Positions 24,955 through 32,000 of a DNA stretch of 32,000 nucleotides are shown in pieces (the first letter of the stretch is position 1; the number at the start of each line of letters is the position of its first letter). The stretch spans positions 1,620,001-1,652,000 of the forward strand of contig NC_009073.1 in assembly GCF_000015805.1 (NCBI RefSeq), in the 5' to 3' direction. Origin of the DNA: Pyrobaculum calidifontis JCM 11548. Lineage in GTDB: Archaea; Thermoproteota; Thermoprotei; Thermoproteales; Thermoproteaceae. A program made the translations under genes and the position numbers. Below the pieces are notes generated by a model. That model saw only the letters and a program-made list of their open reading frames with translations, was not told where the DNA came from and made no database searches.

Positions 24955-25120
24955 TCGGCCTTATAACTACAGCATTTCCATAGTAGAGAAACTCGTGGCC
25001 TCCCTTAACCATCCTTTTTTCAAATCCCCCTAGCTCTACCTCGTCCATGACGTAGTATATAGTGTATTTGTCGGTTTTATACACCTTGTACTTCACGCCT
25101 TTTGGGAGTTCCACCGACAT
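24914..25120 (-). CDS. hypothetical small protein (68 aa)
   Basis: Its ATG overlaps the LivF-like stop in a TAATG arrangement (25122-25118), suggesting translational coupling. I recognise no family. Confidence 0.5.
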   Translation of the reverse strand: MSVELPKGVKYKVYKTDKYTIYYVMDEVELGGFEKRMVKGGHEFLYYGNAVVIRPIKQISQGREAPSA

Positions 25121-25851
25121 TAGCCCCCTAGGAAGAGACTTGCCAGCTTCTCCTCGTCCAACTCCTTGGCGGCTCCGCTGTACTTTATCCTACCTGTCAC
25201 AAGCACGTAGGCCCTGTCGCCTATTTCAAGGGCCTTTCTGGCGTTCTGCTCCACGAGAAGGATGGAGATGCCCAACTTGTCCCTAATCTCTTTAATGGCG
25301 TGGAAAAATTCGCCGACGAGCTTAGGCGCAAGCCCCGCGGTGGGCTCGTCCAGCATCAACAGCGTCGGCTTCTTCATGAGGCCGAGGCTTATTGCAAGCA
25401 TCTGCCTCTCGCCGCCGGAGAGAAACTTGGCCTTCCTATCCCTCAGCTCTCTGAGTTTTGGGAACAGGGAGTAGACCTCTTCGATTCTCCTACTAACCTC
25501 GTCTCTGGGCAGGCCGATAGACGCCGCGAGTAGGTTCTCGTAAACTGTCAACTCGCCGAAGACGTTGGGCGTGCCGAAGTTGTTGGGCGACTGCATCACG
25601 TAGGCGACCCCCATCTTCATGACCTCGTGCGGCGGCTTCCCAGTTATGTCTCTACCAGACAGCACCACTCTGCCCCCGAAGACGTCCGCCATGCCCACCA
25701 CGGCGTTCAACAACGTGGATTTCCCCGCGCCGTTGGGGCCAAGCAGTACCACGATCTCCCCCTGACGCACGACCAAATCTACGCCAAATAACACGTGAAA
25801 TTTCCCATACCCAGCGTCAAGCTTCTCCACTCTCAAAACCTCCGCCGACAC
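25120..25851 (-). CDS. branched-chain amino acid-type ABC transporter ATP-binding protein (LivF-like)
   Basis: Walker A GPNGAGKST, signature LSGGERQM and Walker B LLMLDEPTAGL. GTG start. Confidence 0.9.
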   Translation of the reverse strand: MSAEVLRVEKLDAGYGKFHVLFGVDLVVRQGEIVVLLGPNGAGKSTLLNAVVGMADVFGGRVVLSGRDITGKPPHEVMKMGVAYVMQSPNNFGTPNVFGELTVYENLLAASIGLPRDEVSRRIEEVYSLFPKLRELRDRKAKFLSGGERQMLAISLGLMKKPTLLMLDEPTAGLAPKLVGEFFHAIKEIRDKLGISILLVEQNARKALEIGDRAYVLVTGRIKYSGAAKELDEEKLASLFLGG

Positions 25852-25914
25852 GAGGAGGGAAATCGGAGGAGTTAATAAGCGTTAATTGTTTTATACTTGA
25901 AAAAAGGTGGTTCT

Positions 25915-27216
25915 ATGGCGTCCAAAACTCTCTACATAGCAATTGTCGTTGTTGTAATATTGCTGGCCGCCGTGGCGGCGCTTCTGCTAATGGGAGGAGG
26001 CCAACAGCCGCCTACTCAAACAACAACCGTCCAACCCACCCAAACTACCAGCCAAAAGGTGTTTAAACTTGGGGCCCTACTGCCTCTCACAGGCGGCTTC
26101 AGTAGCTATGCAAAACTTGCACAATGCGCTGCGCAACTCGCAATCGACGATCTAAATGCCGAGTATGGGAGCAAGGGCATAAAGTTTGAACTATACGTGG
26201 AAGACACGCAACTTGATCCAAACATCGCACTACAGAAGTTACAGTCGCTGTACGCAAGAGGCGTGAGGGCGGTACATGCGGGGTTGACCAGCAGAGAGGC
26301 GTCAGGCGAGAAGCCCTTCGCAGATCAAAACAAGATCATACTATTCAGCGCGTGGTCTACCTCAAGCCTCCTAGCCATACCCAACGACTGGCTATATAGA
26401 ATAGTTGGGACAGATGCGAAGCAAATAAAGGCCATCGGCGCTATTATAAAGCAACTGGGCGTAAAAAACGTCGCAATAATCTATAGAAAGGACACATACG
26501 GCGAGGGGCTATACCTAGAGTTACAGAAGGAGGCAAAAGCACGTGGATTTAACTTAGTAGCCGCCGCGTCGTACGACCCAGACCCCAAAGTTTTTCCACA
26601 AGCAGCGCCAGAGGCCGTGAGGTCAATCTCCTCTAAGGTAAAAGACCTAGTGGGGCCGGACTTTGCACTAGTAATAGTGTCTTTTGAAGACGACGGCTCC
26701 GTCGTATTAAAAGCCATAGGCCAAGACCCAGTTCTCTCAAAGGCCAGACTCATAGGAACAGAGGGCATGGCGTTCTCCCCCATCTTGCTCAAGGAGGCGG
26801 GAGACGTCATGGCCAACGGCAAAATCATAGGGACAACCAACTGGGCCTTACCCACGACCCCAGAGTACCAAGACTTCTACAAGAAGTTCAAAGCCAAGTG
26901 CGGCGCCGAGCCCATAACCCCCGCGCCCCAGTCATACGACATAATCAAAATGCTAGGCGAAATAATGGCCACAATAGGCACAGACGACCCAGACAAGGTA
27001 CGCGCCACGCTCGAGCAGTGGGGCAAAGAAGGCAGATATAAGGGAGCCACAGGCGTAGTGCTACTAGACGAAAACGGCGATAGGGCAAACCCCAATTTCC
27101 TACTATGGGGAGTCACGTCGAAAAACGGCACACTTACCTACATAGAAGTAGGCTACTACGACTATGACAAAGACACCATAACATTTACACAAGAGGGACA
27201 ACAATACTTTAAATAA
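25915..27216 (+). CDS. ABC transporter substrate-binding protein (LivK/type-1 PBP-like), membrane-anchored
   Basis: An N-terminal TM helix LYIAIVVVVILLAAVAALLLM is followed by a Thr/Gln-rich linker, then FKLGALLPLTGGFSSYAKL...AIDDLNA. ATG 25915 lies about 25 nt from TTTTATAC. The track's TTG 25897 is the alternative start. Confidence 0.82.
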   Translation: MASKTLYIAIVVVVILLAAVAALLLMGGGQQPPTQTTTVQPTQTTSQKVFKLGALLPLTGGFSSYAKLAQCAAQLAIDDLNAEYGSKGIKFELYVEDTQLDPNIALQKLQSLYARGVRAVHAGLTSREASGEKPFADQNKIILFSAWSTSSLLAIPNDWLYRIVGTDAKQIKAIGAIIKQLGVKNVAIIYRKDTYGEGLYLELQKEAKARGFNLVAAASYDPDPKVFPQAAPEAVRSISSKVKDLVGPDFALVIVSFEDDGSVVLKAIGQDPVLSKARLIGTEGMAFSPILLKEAGDVMANGKIIGTTNWALPTTPEYQDFYKKFKAKCGAEPITPAPQSYDIIKMLGEIMATIGTDDPDKVRATLEQWGKEGRYKGATGVVLLDENGDRANPNFLLWGVTSKNGTLTYIEVGYYDYDKDTITFTQEGQQYFK

Positions 27217-27367
27217 TATAACAAATTTTATATAACACTTTTTCCCAAGGCCCAAACTCTAGTAAAATCAAGCAACGGTTTAACGAGTCCACTACCATAA
27301 ACACGGGCGCACCTTACTGACTCAGAACCTCGCCTTTGGCCCTTCTTGCAGGAAACAAGAGGGGGTA

Positions 27368-27452
27368 TGCGGGGGGTGGGATTTGAACCCACGCAGGCCT
27401 ACGCCACAGGGTCTTAAGCCCTGCCCCTTTGACCTGGCTCGGGCACCCCCGC
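27368..27452 (-). tRNA. tRNA-Leu (anticodon UAA), class II, no intron, no encoded CCA
   Basis: The reverse complement folds by hand. Acceptor GCGGGGG/CCCCCGC plus discriminator A; anticodon stem CAGGG/CCCTG with loop CTTAAGA; long variable arm; T arm GTGGG-TTCAAAT-CCCAC. GTTTAAAA lies about 24 nt upstream. Confidence 0.92.
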
Positions 27453-27545
27453 CGATAGTGAATACACACGGGGTTTTAAACTTAACCCGTGGTCCGGGGC
27501 AAAGATGGTGTCAAAGCTTATAAACAGTCTATGTAGTTAATCACA

Positions 27546-27639
27546 GCGGCGGTAGTCTAGCCTGGTTTAGGATGGCGAGGGCGCAACCCCCACAGGCCTC
27601 CCAAGCCGTTGATCCCGGGTTCGAATCCCGGCCGCCGCA
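27546..27639 (+). tRNA. tRNA-Gly (anticodon CCC) interrupted by an 18-nt intron
   Basis: Acceptor GCGGCGG/CCGCCGC plus A; D arm GTCT...GGAT; T arm CCGGG-TTCGAAT-CCCGG. After removing 27578-27595, the anticodon stem GCGGC/GCCGT and loop CTCCCAA form. CTTATAAA lies about 28 nt upstream. Confidence 0.88.
27578..27595 (+). other. non-canonical tRNA intron (between tRNA positions 29/30) with relaxed bulge-helix-bulge
   Basis: Hand fold: 3-nt bulges CG|A and AG|G; central helix G-C, G-C, U-A plus an A.C mismatch; inner helix GGG/CCC with loop CGCAA; outer helix AGG/CCU. Confidence 0.75.
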
Positions 27640-27704
27640 TGTCTGAGTTTTACCACGCCGTGAGACGCCGGGCTGGTTTTTAATATTCCGGGCTTCTTCT
27701 TTTC

Positions 27705-28160
27705 GTGTCTAAGGAGCTCATAGTGAGTAAAATTGAGAACGGCACAGTGATAGACCACATACCCGCTGGCAGGGCTTTGATGGTTTTGCGGGTCTTGGGG
27801 ATAACTGGGAGGGAGGGGTTGCGCATCGCCCTTGTGATGAACGTGGATTCGCGCAAGCTTGGTAAGAAGGACATCGTCAAAATTGAGGGGCGGGAGTTGA
27901 CGCCAGAGGAAGTGAATATAATCTCGGCGGTAGCGCCAACCGCCACTATAAACATTGTGAAGAATTTCGAGGTGATTAAGAAGTTCAAGGTGTCGCCCCC
28001 CGAGGTGATAAGGGGGAGATTCAAGTGCCGCAACCCCATGTGTATAACAAATGCGCCTAGGGAGCCCGTGGTCCCCACGTTTTACCTCGTGAAGAGAGAG
28101 CCTCCCCTCTTTGTATGCGCATACTGTGGCCGATATCACGAGCTTAGCGACTTGATATGA
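27705..28160 (+). CDS. pyrI: aspartate carbamoyltransferase regulatory subunit
   Basis: [16 protein letters not shown] and the Zn domain CRNPMCITN...CAYCGRY. GTG start about 24 nt after TTTTTAATATT. Confidence 0.92.
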
Positions 28161-28735
28161 AGGCGTTAATTGACGCTGGCGTCGTCAAATTTGGAAGATT
28201 TGTCCTCTCTAGCGGCATTGAGAGCCCTTTTTACGTAGATTTGCGGAGGGCCTTGGGGCACCCGGACTTAGTCAAGTGGGTGGTCTCGGGATACCTCTCT
28301 GCGCTCTCTAGGCTAAAGTTCGACGTTTTGCTGGGAGTTGCCACTGGGGGAATACCCTACGCCTCCATTTTGGGCTACCTTCTACAAAAGCCGTTTGGAT
28401 ATGTGAGAGCAGGGGCCAAGGGCTATGGAACAATGCAGGCCGTCGAGGGGGCAGATGTGGCGGGGCTAGCCGCGGTTGTTGTAGACGACGTGTTGACCAC
28501 TGGGAATAGCTTGATAAACGCCATAAAAGCCGTCAGAGAGGCCGGGGGCGAGGTGGTGGGCGCCTTGGTGTTCCTAGACAGAGAGCAGTGCGGGTCGCAA
28601 AACGTTAGGAGAGAGACGGGAGTGGAGGTCTTCAGTGTGTATAAGATGAGGGAGCTTTTGGAGACATTGAAGCCGTATATCGGGGAGGGGCACTACCGCG
28701 CCGCGGTTGAATACTTGGCTAAATGGTCTTGTTAA
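28157..28735 (+). CDS. pyrE: orotate phosphoribosyltransferase
   Basis: PRPP-binding motif [12 protein letters not shown]. It has a 4-nt overlap with pyrI. Confidence 0.92.
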
Positions 28736-29607
28736 CCCTCGGCAAGTTGCTACACTTCGTACATCCCGAAATTAGCCACAGGCTGGGGGCCCTGTTGTTC
28801 TCAGCCCCGTTGCCCAGCTGTCGATGTAGAGAGAGGTGGCGTATAGGCGAGGTGGAGGTGTGCGGCCCAGTGGGGGTAGCCGCTGGCTTAGACAAGGGAG
28901 GGATGTACGCCAGGTTTCTCTCCTTCTTCTGTCCCGGCTTCGTGGTCGTGGGCTCCACGCTCCCGAGGCCTAGGCGGGGCAATAAGCCGCCTAGGATGGC
29001 CAGAGTGCGCCCCTACTCCCTGGTGAACGCCATGGGGCTCGGCTCCCCCGGCCTGCCCGTGGTGGTGTCGAGGGTGGCCAAGGTAAACTACCCGCTCTTC
29101 ATAAGTCTAGCAGGCTTCACCGCCAAGGACTTCCTAGTACAACTGAGATTTCTAGAGCGGCACTTTAAGCCAGCGGCCGTTGAGATAAACATTTCAAGCC
29201 CCACGTACAAGGGCTTTTGGAAAACCGCGCCGCAACTGGCAGAGGTGGATATACCCATATTCTTGAAGGTGGGCCCCTCTGCCGACTTGCCGTCTGCCGT
29301 GGCACAGGCGAGGAGGGCAGGGTGGGGCCTCGTTGTGACCAACACCATCCCCGTCGAGGACCGCCGAATTAGCGTGGGGCGAGGCGGCCTCAGCGGCTTG
29401 CTGTTGTACAGATACGGCTTAGAGGCATTGAAAAAGGCTAGGCGCCTCGCAGGGAAAGATATTGCGATTATCTATGTCGGCGGCGTCTTTACCTGTAGAC
29501 AAGTGAGGGAGGTTTTGGCCTACGCAGACGGCGTCGAGGTCTTAACCGCCGTGCTGTACTTCACCCCCGCTATATTGAGGTGGCTTAACCAGTGTGGACG
29601 CAGTTGA
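28723..29607 (+). CDS. pyrD: dihydroorotate dehydrogenase (compact, class-2-like sequence features)
   Basis: [47 protein letters not shown] and GGLSG parallel E. coli PyrD motifs. It has a 13-nt overlap with pyrE. Confidence 0.8.
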   Translation: MVLLTLGKLLHFVHPEISHRLGALLFSAPLPSCRCRERWRIGEVEVCGPVGVAAGLDKGGMYARFLSFFCPGFVVVGSTLPRPRRGNKPPRMARVRPYSLVNAMGLGSPGLPVVVSRVAKVNYPLFISLAGFTAKDFLVQLRFLERHFKPAAVEINISSPTYKGFWKTAPQLAEVDIPIFLKVGPSADLPSAVAQARRAGWGLVVTNTIPVEDRRISVGRGGLSGLLLYRYGLEALKKARRLAGKDIAIIYVGGVFTCRQVREVLAYADGVEVLTAVLYFTPAILRWLNQCGRS

Positions 29608-30073
29608 CATTGGCCCTACGCGCCGCCTCCACCAACGACCTTATGCCGCGCCAGTGGGAGCCCACCCAATAGACCCGGCCACAGGAGATACAACGCCAAC
29701 ATTTCTCGCTGTACACGACATGGCCGACGATTCGCCCAGCTTCTCCACAGTCTATTTCCACTAACTCGCCGCCGCATATGGGACAAGCAGTTTTTACAAA
29801 CGGCGGAAGGCCCATGGAGAGAAACGCTGCAATCCACTTAACGTGGTCGTCGGTCCTAAGCAGAAGGGCCGGCCCCCTCCTAGCTCTGAAGACCTCCTCG
29901 TCGCGGGTTACCACTAGGCACTCCGTCCGCAGAAGCTCGGCATCGTCGAGGTCGGGCGCATATGCGACTCTTAGCCCAAACACTATGCGCAACAGTCTGG
30001 CAAGCCAACCGAGCATCGAGTCCACGTATATACAATCGAGGCGCAGAGGCCCCTTGTACAAACAGTCTACCAC
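29585..30073 (-). CDS. Mut7-C (DUF82) PIN-like RNase domain protein with C-terminal zinc ribbon
   Basis: VDSMLGWLARLLRIVFG fits the family N-terminus, and the Zn ribbon is CPICGGEL...CISCGRVYWVGSHW. GTG 30073 overlaps the NFACT stop by 7 nt. Confidence 0.8.
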   Translation of the reverse strand: MVDCLYKGPLRLDCIYVDSMLGWLARLLRIVFGLRVAYAPDLDDAELLRTECLVVTRDEEVFRARRGPALLLRTDDHVKWIAAFLSMGLPPFVKTACPICGGELVEIDCGEAGRIVGHVVYSEKCWRCISCGRVYWVGSHWRGIRSLVEAARRANVNCVHTG

Positions 30074-31917
30074 GACTTAAATATCTCCCTTATCTCCTCC
30101 CAAGACAGCGGCGAGCCCTTGCCCACCTCAGACACCCTCGAGGGGCCGGGCAAGGCCGCCACTATCTCATCAACGTTGCAACCGCCCCACTTCTCCGCCA
30201 ACTCCTTCGCCAGCCTACTCTTCTCAACGTTCCCAGGGGTCACCACGACGTATTTCTCCGCGAGTAAGGGAGCCGACTTAGGCGGCGCGGCGACCACTCT
30301 CGCCGCCTCGCCGTCGCGTCTACAGCCCACGGCGAGTTCCAGTCTCACGTTTCTCACATACTCCCTCTTTCCATACACCATGAACGACCCCCTCGCCAAG
30401 TACTGGCCGGCCGGCGGCTGCTTAGACACTTGCTCCCCCCTGGCGTAGTAGACGTCGATCGCGTGAATGCCTATCTTCCACGCCCTGCTATACGCCGCGG
30501 CGAACTGGGCCACTTGGTGCACCTCAAGGGGGTCCTCTATGGGTGGCGCTATTACCACAGAGGCGCCGGGGATATCCGCGTGGAAGAACAGGTAGTGATC
30601 CTTTAAGTACTTCCGGACAATGGACTCGTTCTGAGAGGCATCGCGGCCGCCCAACACCGGCCTCTTCCCAGTGGTCACAGTCCAGTGGTACTTCTCAAAC
30701 CACTCCCTCTCAACCACAGCCTTGACAGACGACTTCACCTTCTCCTCCGCCTTCCTCTGCTCCTCCACCAGCTTAGCCAACTCCCCCCTCATCTTGTCTA
30801 GAACTGCCTGCGCCTTGGCCGCCTTCTCCTCCAACTCCTTGGCCTTCTCAAACAAGGCAGAGATTTGGCGCCCCAACTGTACATCTCGCCTAATCTCCAC
30901 CTCGTCGCCCTCTGGCAGAATTATCTTTACTCTAGTTCCGTCTACGTATACTACACGTATACTTGATTCGGAGCCAGCCAAGGCTTGCTCTACCTCGTAC
31001 TTATACACTAACAGCCTATGGGCAAGAGCTTTGAGCCTCGCCGCCTCGCCTCTGTACTCAGGAATTTTCCTCTCCAACTCCTGTATGCTCGCCTCCAGCC
31101 GCCTCCGCCTCTGCTCTAGCTCCCGCGTAGCCGACGCCTTAGCCGCCTCCAGCTCCAGTGGGCCAAAGTAGAAGTCGAGGGCAACCCAGAATGAGTCAAA
31201 CCGCCTCACCTCGTCGCACTTGGCGGCCACAGGCACAATGGGGAGGACGGTCACAGCGGCGCCGCCCCTTATGCACACAGACGGCTCAAGCCTCCCCGCC
31301 GCCACGTCGTCCACGATTTTCTTCAACGCGGCGGCTAGCGCGTGGGGGTCAACGCCGGCTCTAGCAATGAGCTCATCGGCGAACTCAGGTCCAGTCCCAA
31401 CTCGCCTAATCAAGCTACGCCTCACATCTGACGGATCTATCGCCTTTGCCACCTCCTCCACCCCGGCCCTCAAGACGTCTACAAACACAGCGGGCGGATA
31501 GGTGTAGGGAGCCCCCGCCTTGAGCTCCCTGTCCTTCCCCCTATAGCTGTGGAGAAGCCACACAACTCTGCCCTCCCTAACCGCGACAACGTTGAAAGGT
31601 TCCAATAGTTCAACTACGAGCGTCCCAGTCTCAAAGTGGAACTCCACAATGCGGTCAAACCGCGGGAGGCCAACCCACGTAAGCCGCTCGCCGCGGAAAA
31701 GCCCCCTCAAAGTCTCCGCCCCCTCATGCGTCTTCTCAGGAATTAGCCCAGTCAAAGAGACCCTATGCCTAGTGATAGTCACAAAACCCTGGCCAAACTT
31801 AAAGAGGAATCCCGCCGCCGTCCTGTAGACGTTTTCCACATGTGCTCCAACAAGCCTCGACATCTCCACAGACGAGGCCAATAAGTCAAGCGCGGTTAAT
31901 ACAGTCTTCACAACCAA
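30067..31917 (-). CDS. NFACT-family protein (Rqc2/NEMF/RqcH homologue; FbpA N-terminal + DUF814)
   Basis: An NFACT-N-like N-terminus and a central coiled coil (ELEQRRRRLEASIQELERK...) are followed by NFACT-R/DUF814 VLGGRDASQNESIVRKYLKDHYLFFHADIPGASVVI. TTG start. Confidence 0.88.
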   Translation of the reverse strand: MVVKTVLTALDLLASSVEMSRLVGAHVENVYRTAAGFLFKFGQGFVTITRHRVSLTGLIPEKTHEGAETLRGLFRGERLTWVGLPRFDRIVEFHFETGTLVVELLEPFNVVAVREGRVVWLLHSYRGKDRELKAGAPYTYPPAVFVDVLRAGVEEVAKAIDPSDVRRSLIRRVGTGPEFADELIARAGVDPHALAAALKKIVDDVAAGRLEPSVCIRGGAAVTVLPIVPVAAKCDEVRRFDSFWVALDFYFGPLELEAAKASATRELEQRRRRLEASIQELERKIPEYRGEAARLKALAHRLLVYKYEVEQALAGSESSIRVVYVDGTRVKIILPEGDEVEIRRDVQLGRQISALFEKAKELEEKAAKAQAVLDKMRGELAKLVEEQRKAEEKVKSSVKAVVEREWFEKYHWTVTTGKRPVLGGRDASQNESIVRKYLKDHYLFFHADIPGASVVIAPPIEDPLEVHQVAQFAAAYSRAWKIGIHAIDVYYARGEQVSKQPPAGQYLARGSFMVYGKREYVRNVRLELAVGCRRDGEAARVVAAPPKSAPLLAEKYVVVTPGNVEKSRLAKELAEKWGGCNVDEIVAALPGPSRVSEVGKGSPLSWEEIREIFKSW

Positions 31918-31933
31918 ACGTCAACTCCCGGCT

Positions 31934-32000
31934 TTAAGACAGTTTAACGCCGTGGCGCTCCAACACCTCCTTCATAAACAACGCATCTTTGTCCAACAGG
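31934..32000 (-). CDS. 3' end of an unidentified CDS entering from the right edge
   Basis: The reverse strand reads ...LLDKDALFMKEVLERHGVKLS then TAA (31936-31934). Only 22 codons are visible, so no product call is possible. Confidence 0.3.
   Translation of the reverse strand, partial: LLDKDALFMKEVLERHGVKLS

Noticed and set aside
27217-27367. RNase P RNA, H/ACA or C/D sRNA in the spacer beside tRNA-Leu
   Set aside because: There is no GNAAAGUCC-type CR-I, no ACA-tailed hairpin with a pocket that I could fold, and no C box at the right distance from the single CUGA on either strand. I kept it only as an unassigned region.
3187-27840. Other perfect RUGAUGA heptamers: + strand 3187, 20049, 22053 and 27834; - strand 11481-11475 and 15487-15481
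   Set aside because: None has xxGA 12 nt downstream, RUGA at +26 or CUGA at +45. All lie deep inside coding regions (or antisense to them). They are consistent with the roughly 8 chance occurrences expected in 64 kb.
1-32000. CRISPR arrays, IS elements/transposases, integrases, toxin-antitoxin or defence islands, rRNA genes
   Set aside because: I saw no spaced direct-repeat array, no terminal inverted repeats bracketing an ORF, and no recombinase or Cas-like motifs in any frame. Gene content and compact operon structure look like core chromosome.

Overview
This is a gene-dense chromosomal segment of a hyperthermophilic crenarchaeon, best fit Thermoproteales (Pyrobaculum/Thermoproteus-like). 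That placement is inferred from the thermosome, r-proteins S4e/L24, RNAP subunit K, Pelota, a CC1-like 57-aa chromatin protein, AT/TATA boxes about 25 nt from start codons with no leaders, and a tRNA intron at a non-canonical position. Content is mostly housekeeping. Genes in order: 2-hydroxyacid dehydrogenase, wHTH/CBS protein, PfkB kinase, two OppD/OppF-type ABC ATPases, rps4e-rpl24, a beta-CASP RNase operon, Nudix, ilvB-ilvN-ilvC-ilvE, ribH, a prenyl-diphosphate synthase, THEP1 NTPase, a Ras-like small GTPase, Pelota, DUF359 dephospho-CoA kinase plus MBL hydrolase, and a nucleotide-sugar dehydrogenase. These are followed by a 2-oxoacid:ferredoxin oxidoreductase (gamma divergent from delta-alpha-beta), thermosome, rpoK, LivF/LivK-type ABC parts, tRNA-Leu(UAA), tRNA-Gly(CCC), pyrI-pyrE-pyrD, a Mut7-C RNase and an NFACT/Rqc2 homologue. 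Beyond the ORF track I call three C/D box sRNAs with an identical 49-nt box architecture (937-985, 14553-14601, 17070-17118). I also call an 18-nt BHB-flanked intron at position 29/30 of tRNA-Gly, several sub-60-aa ORFs (including the CC1-like gene), corrected starts for over-extended ORFs, and single AT boxes shared by divergent leaderless units. I found no CRISPR array, transposase, integrase or recognisable defence island. I do not see a convincing wholly new multi-gene system. The best leads are the translationally coupled NFACT/Mut7-C pair, the beta-CASP/45-aa/NTase-like operon, and the sRNA-target relationships.
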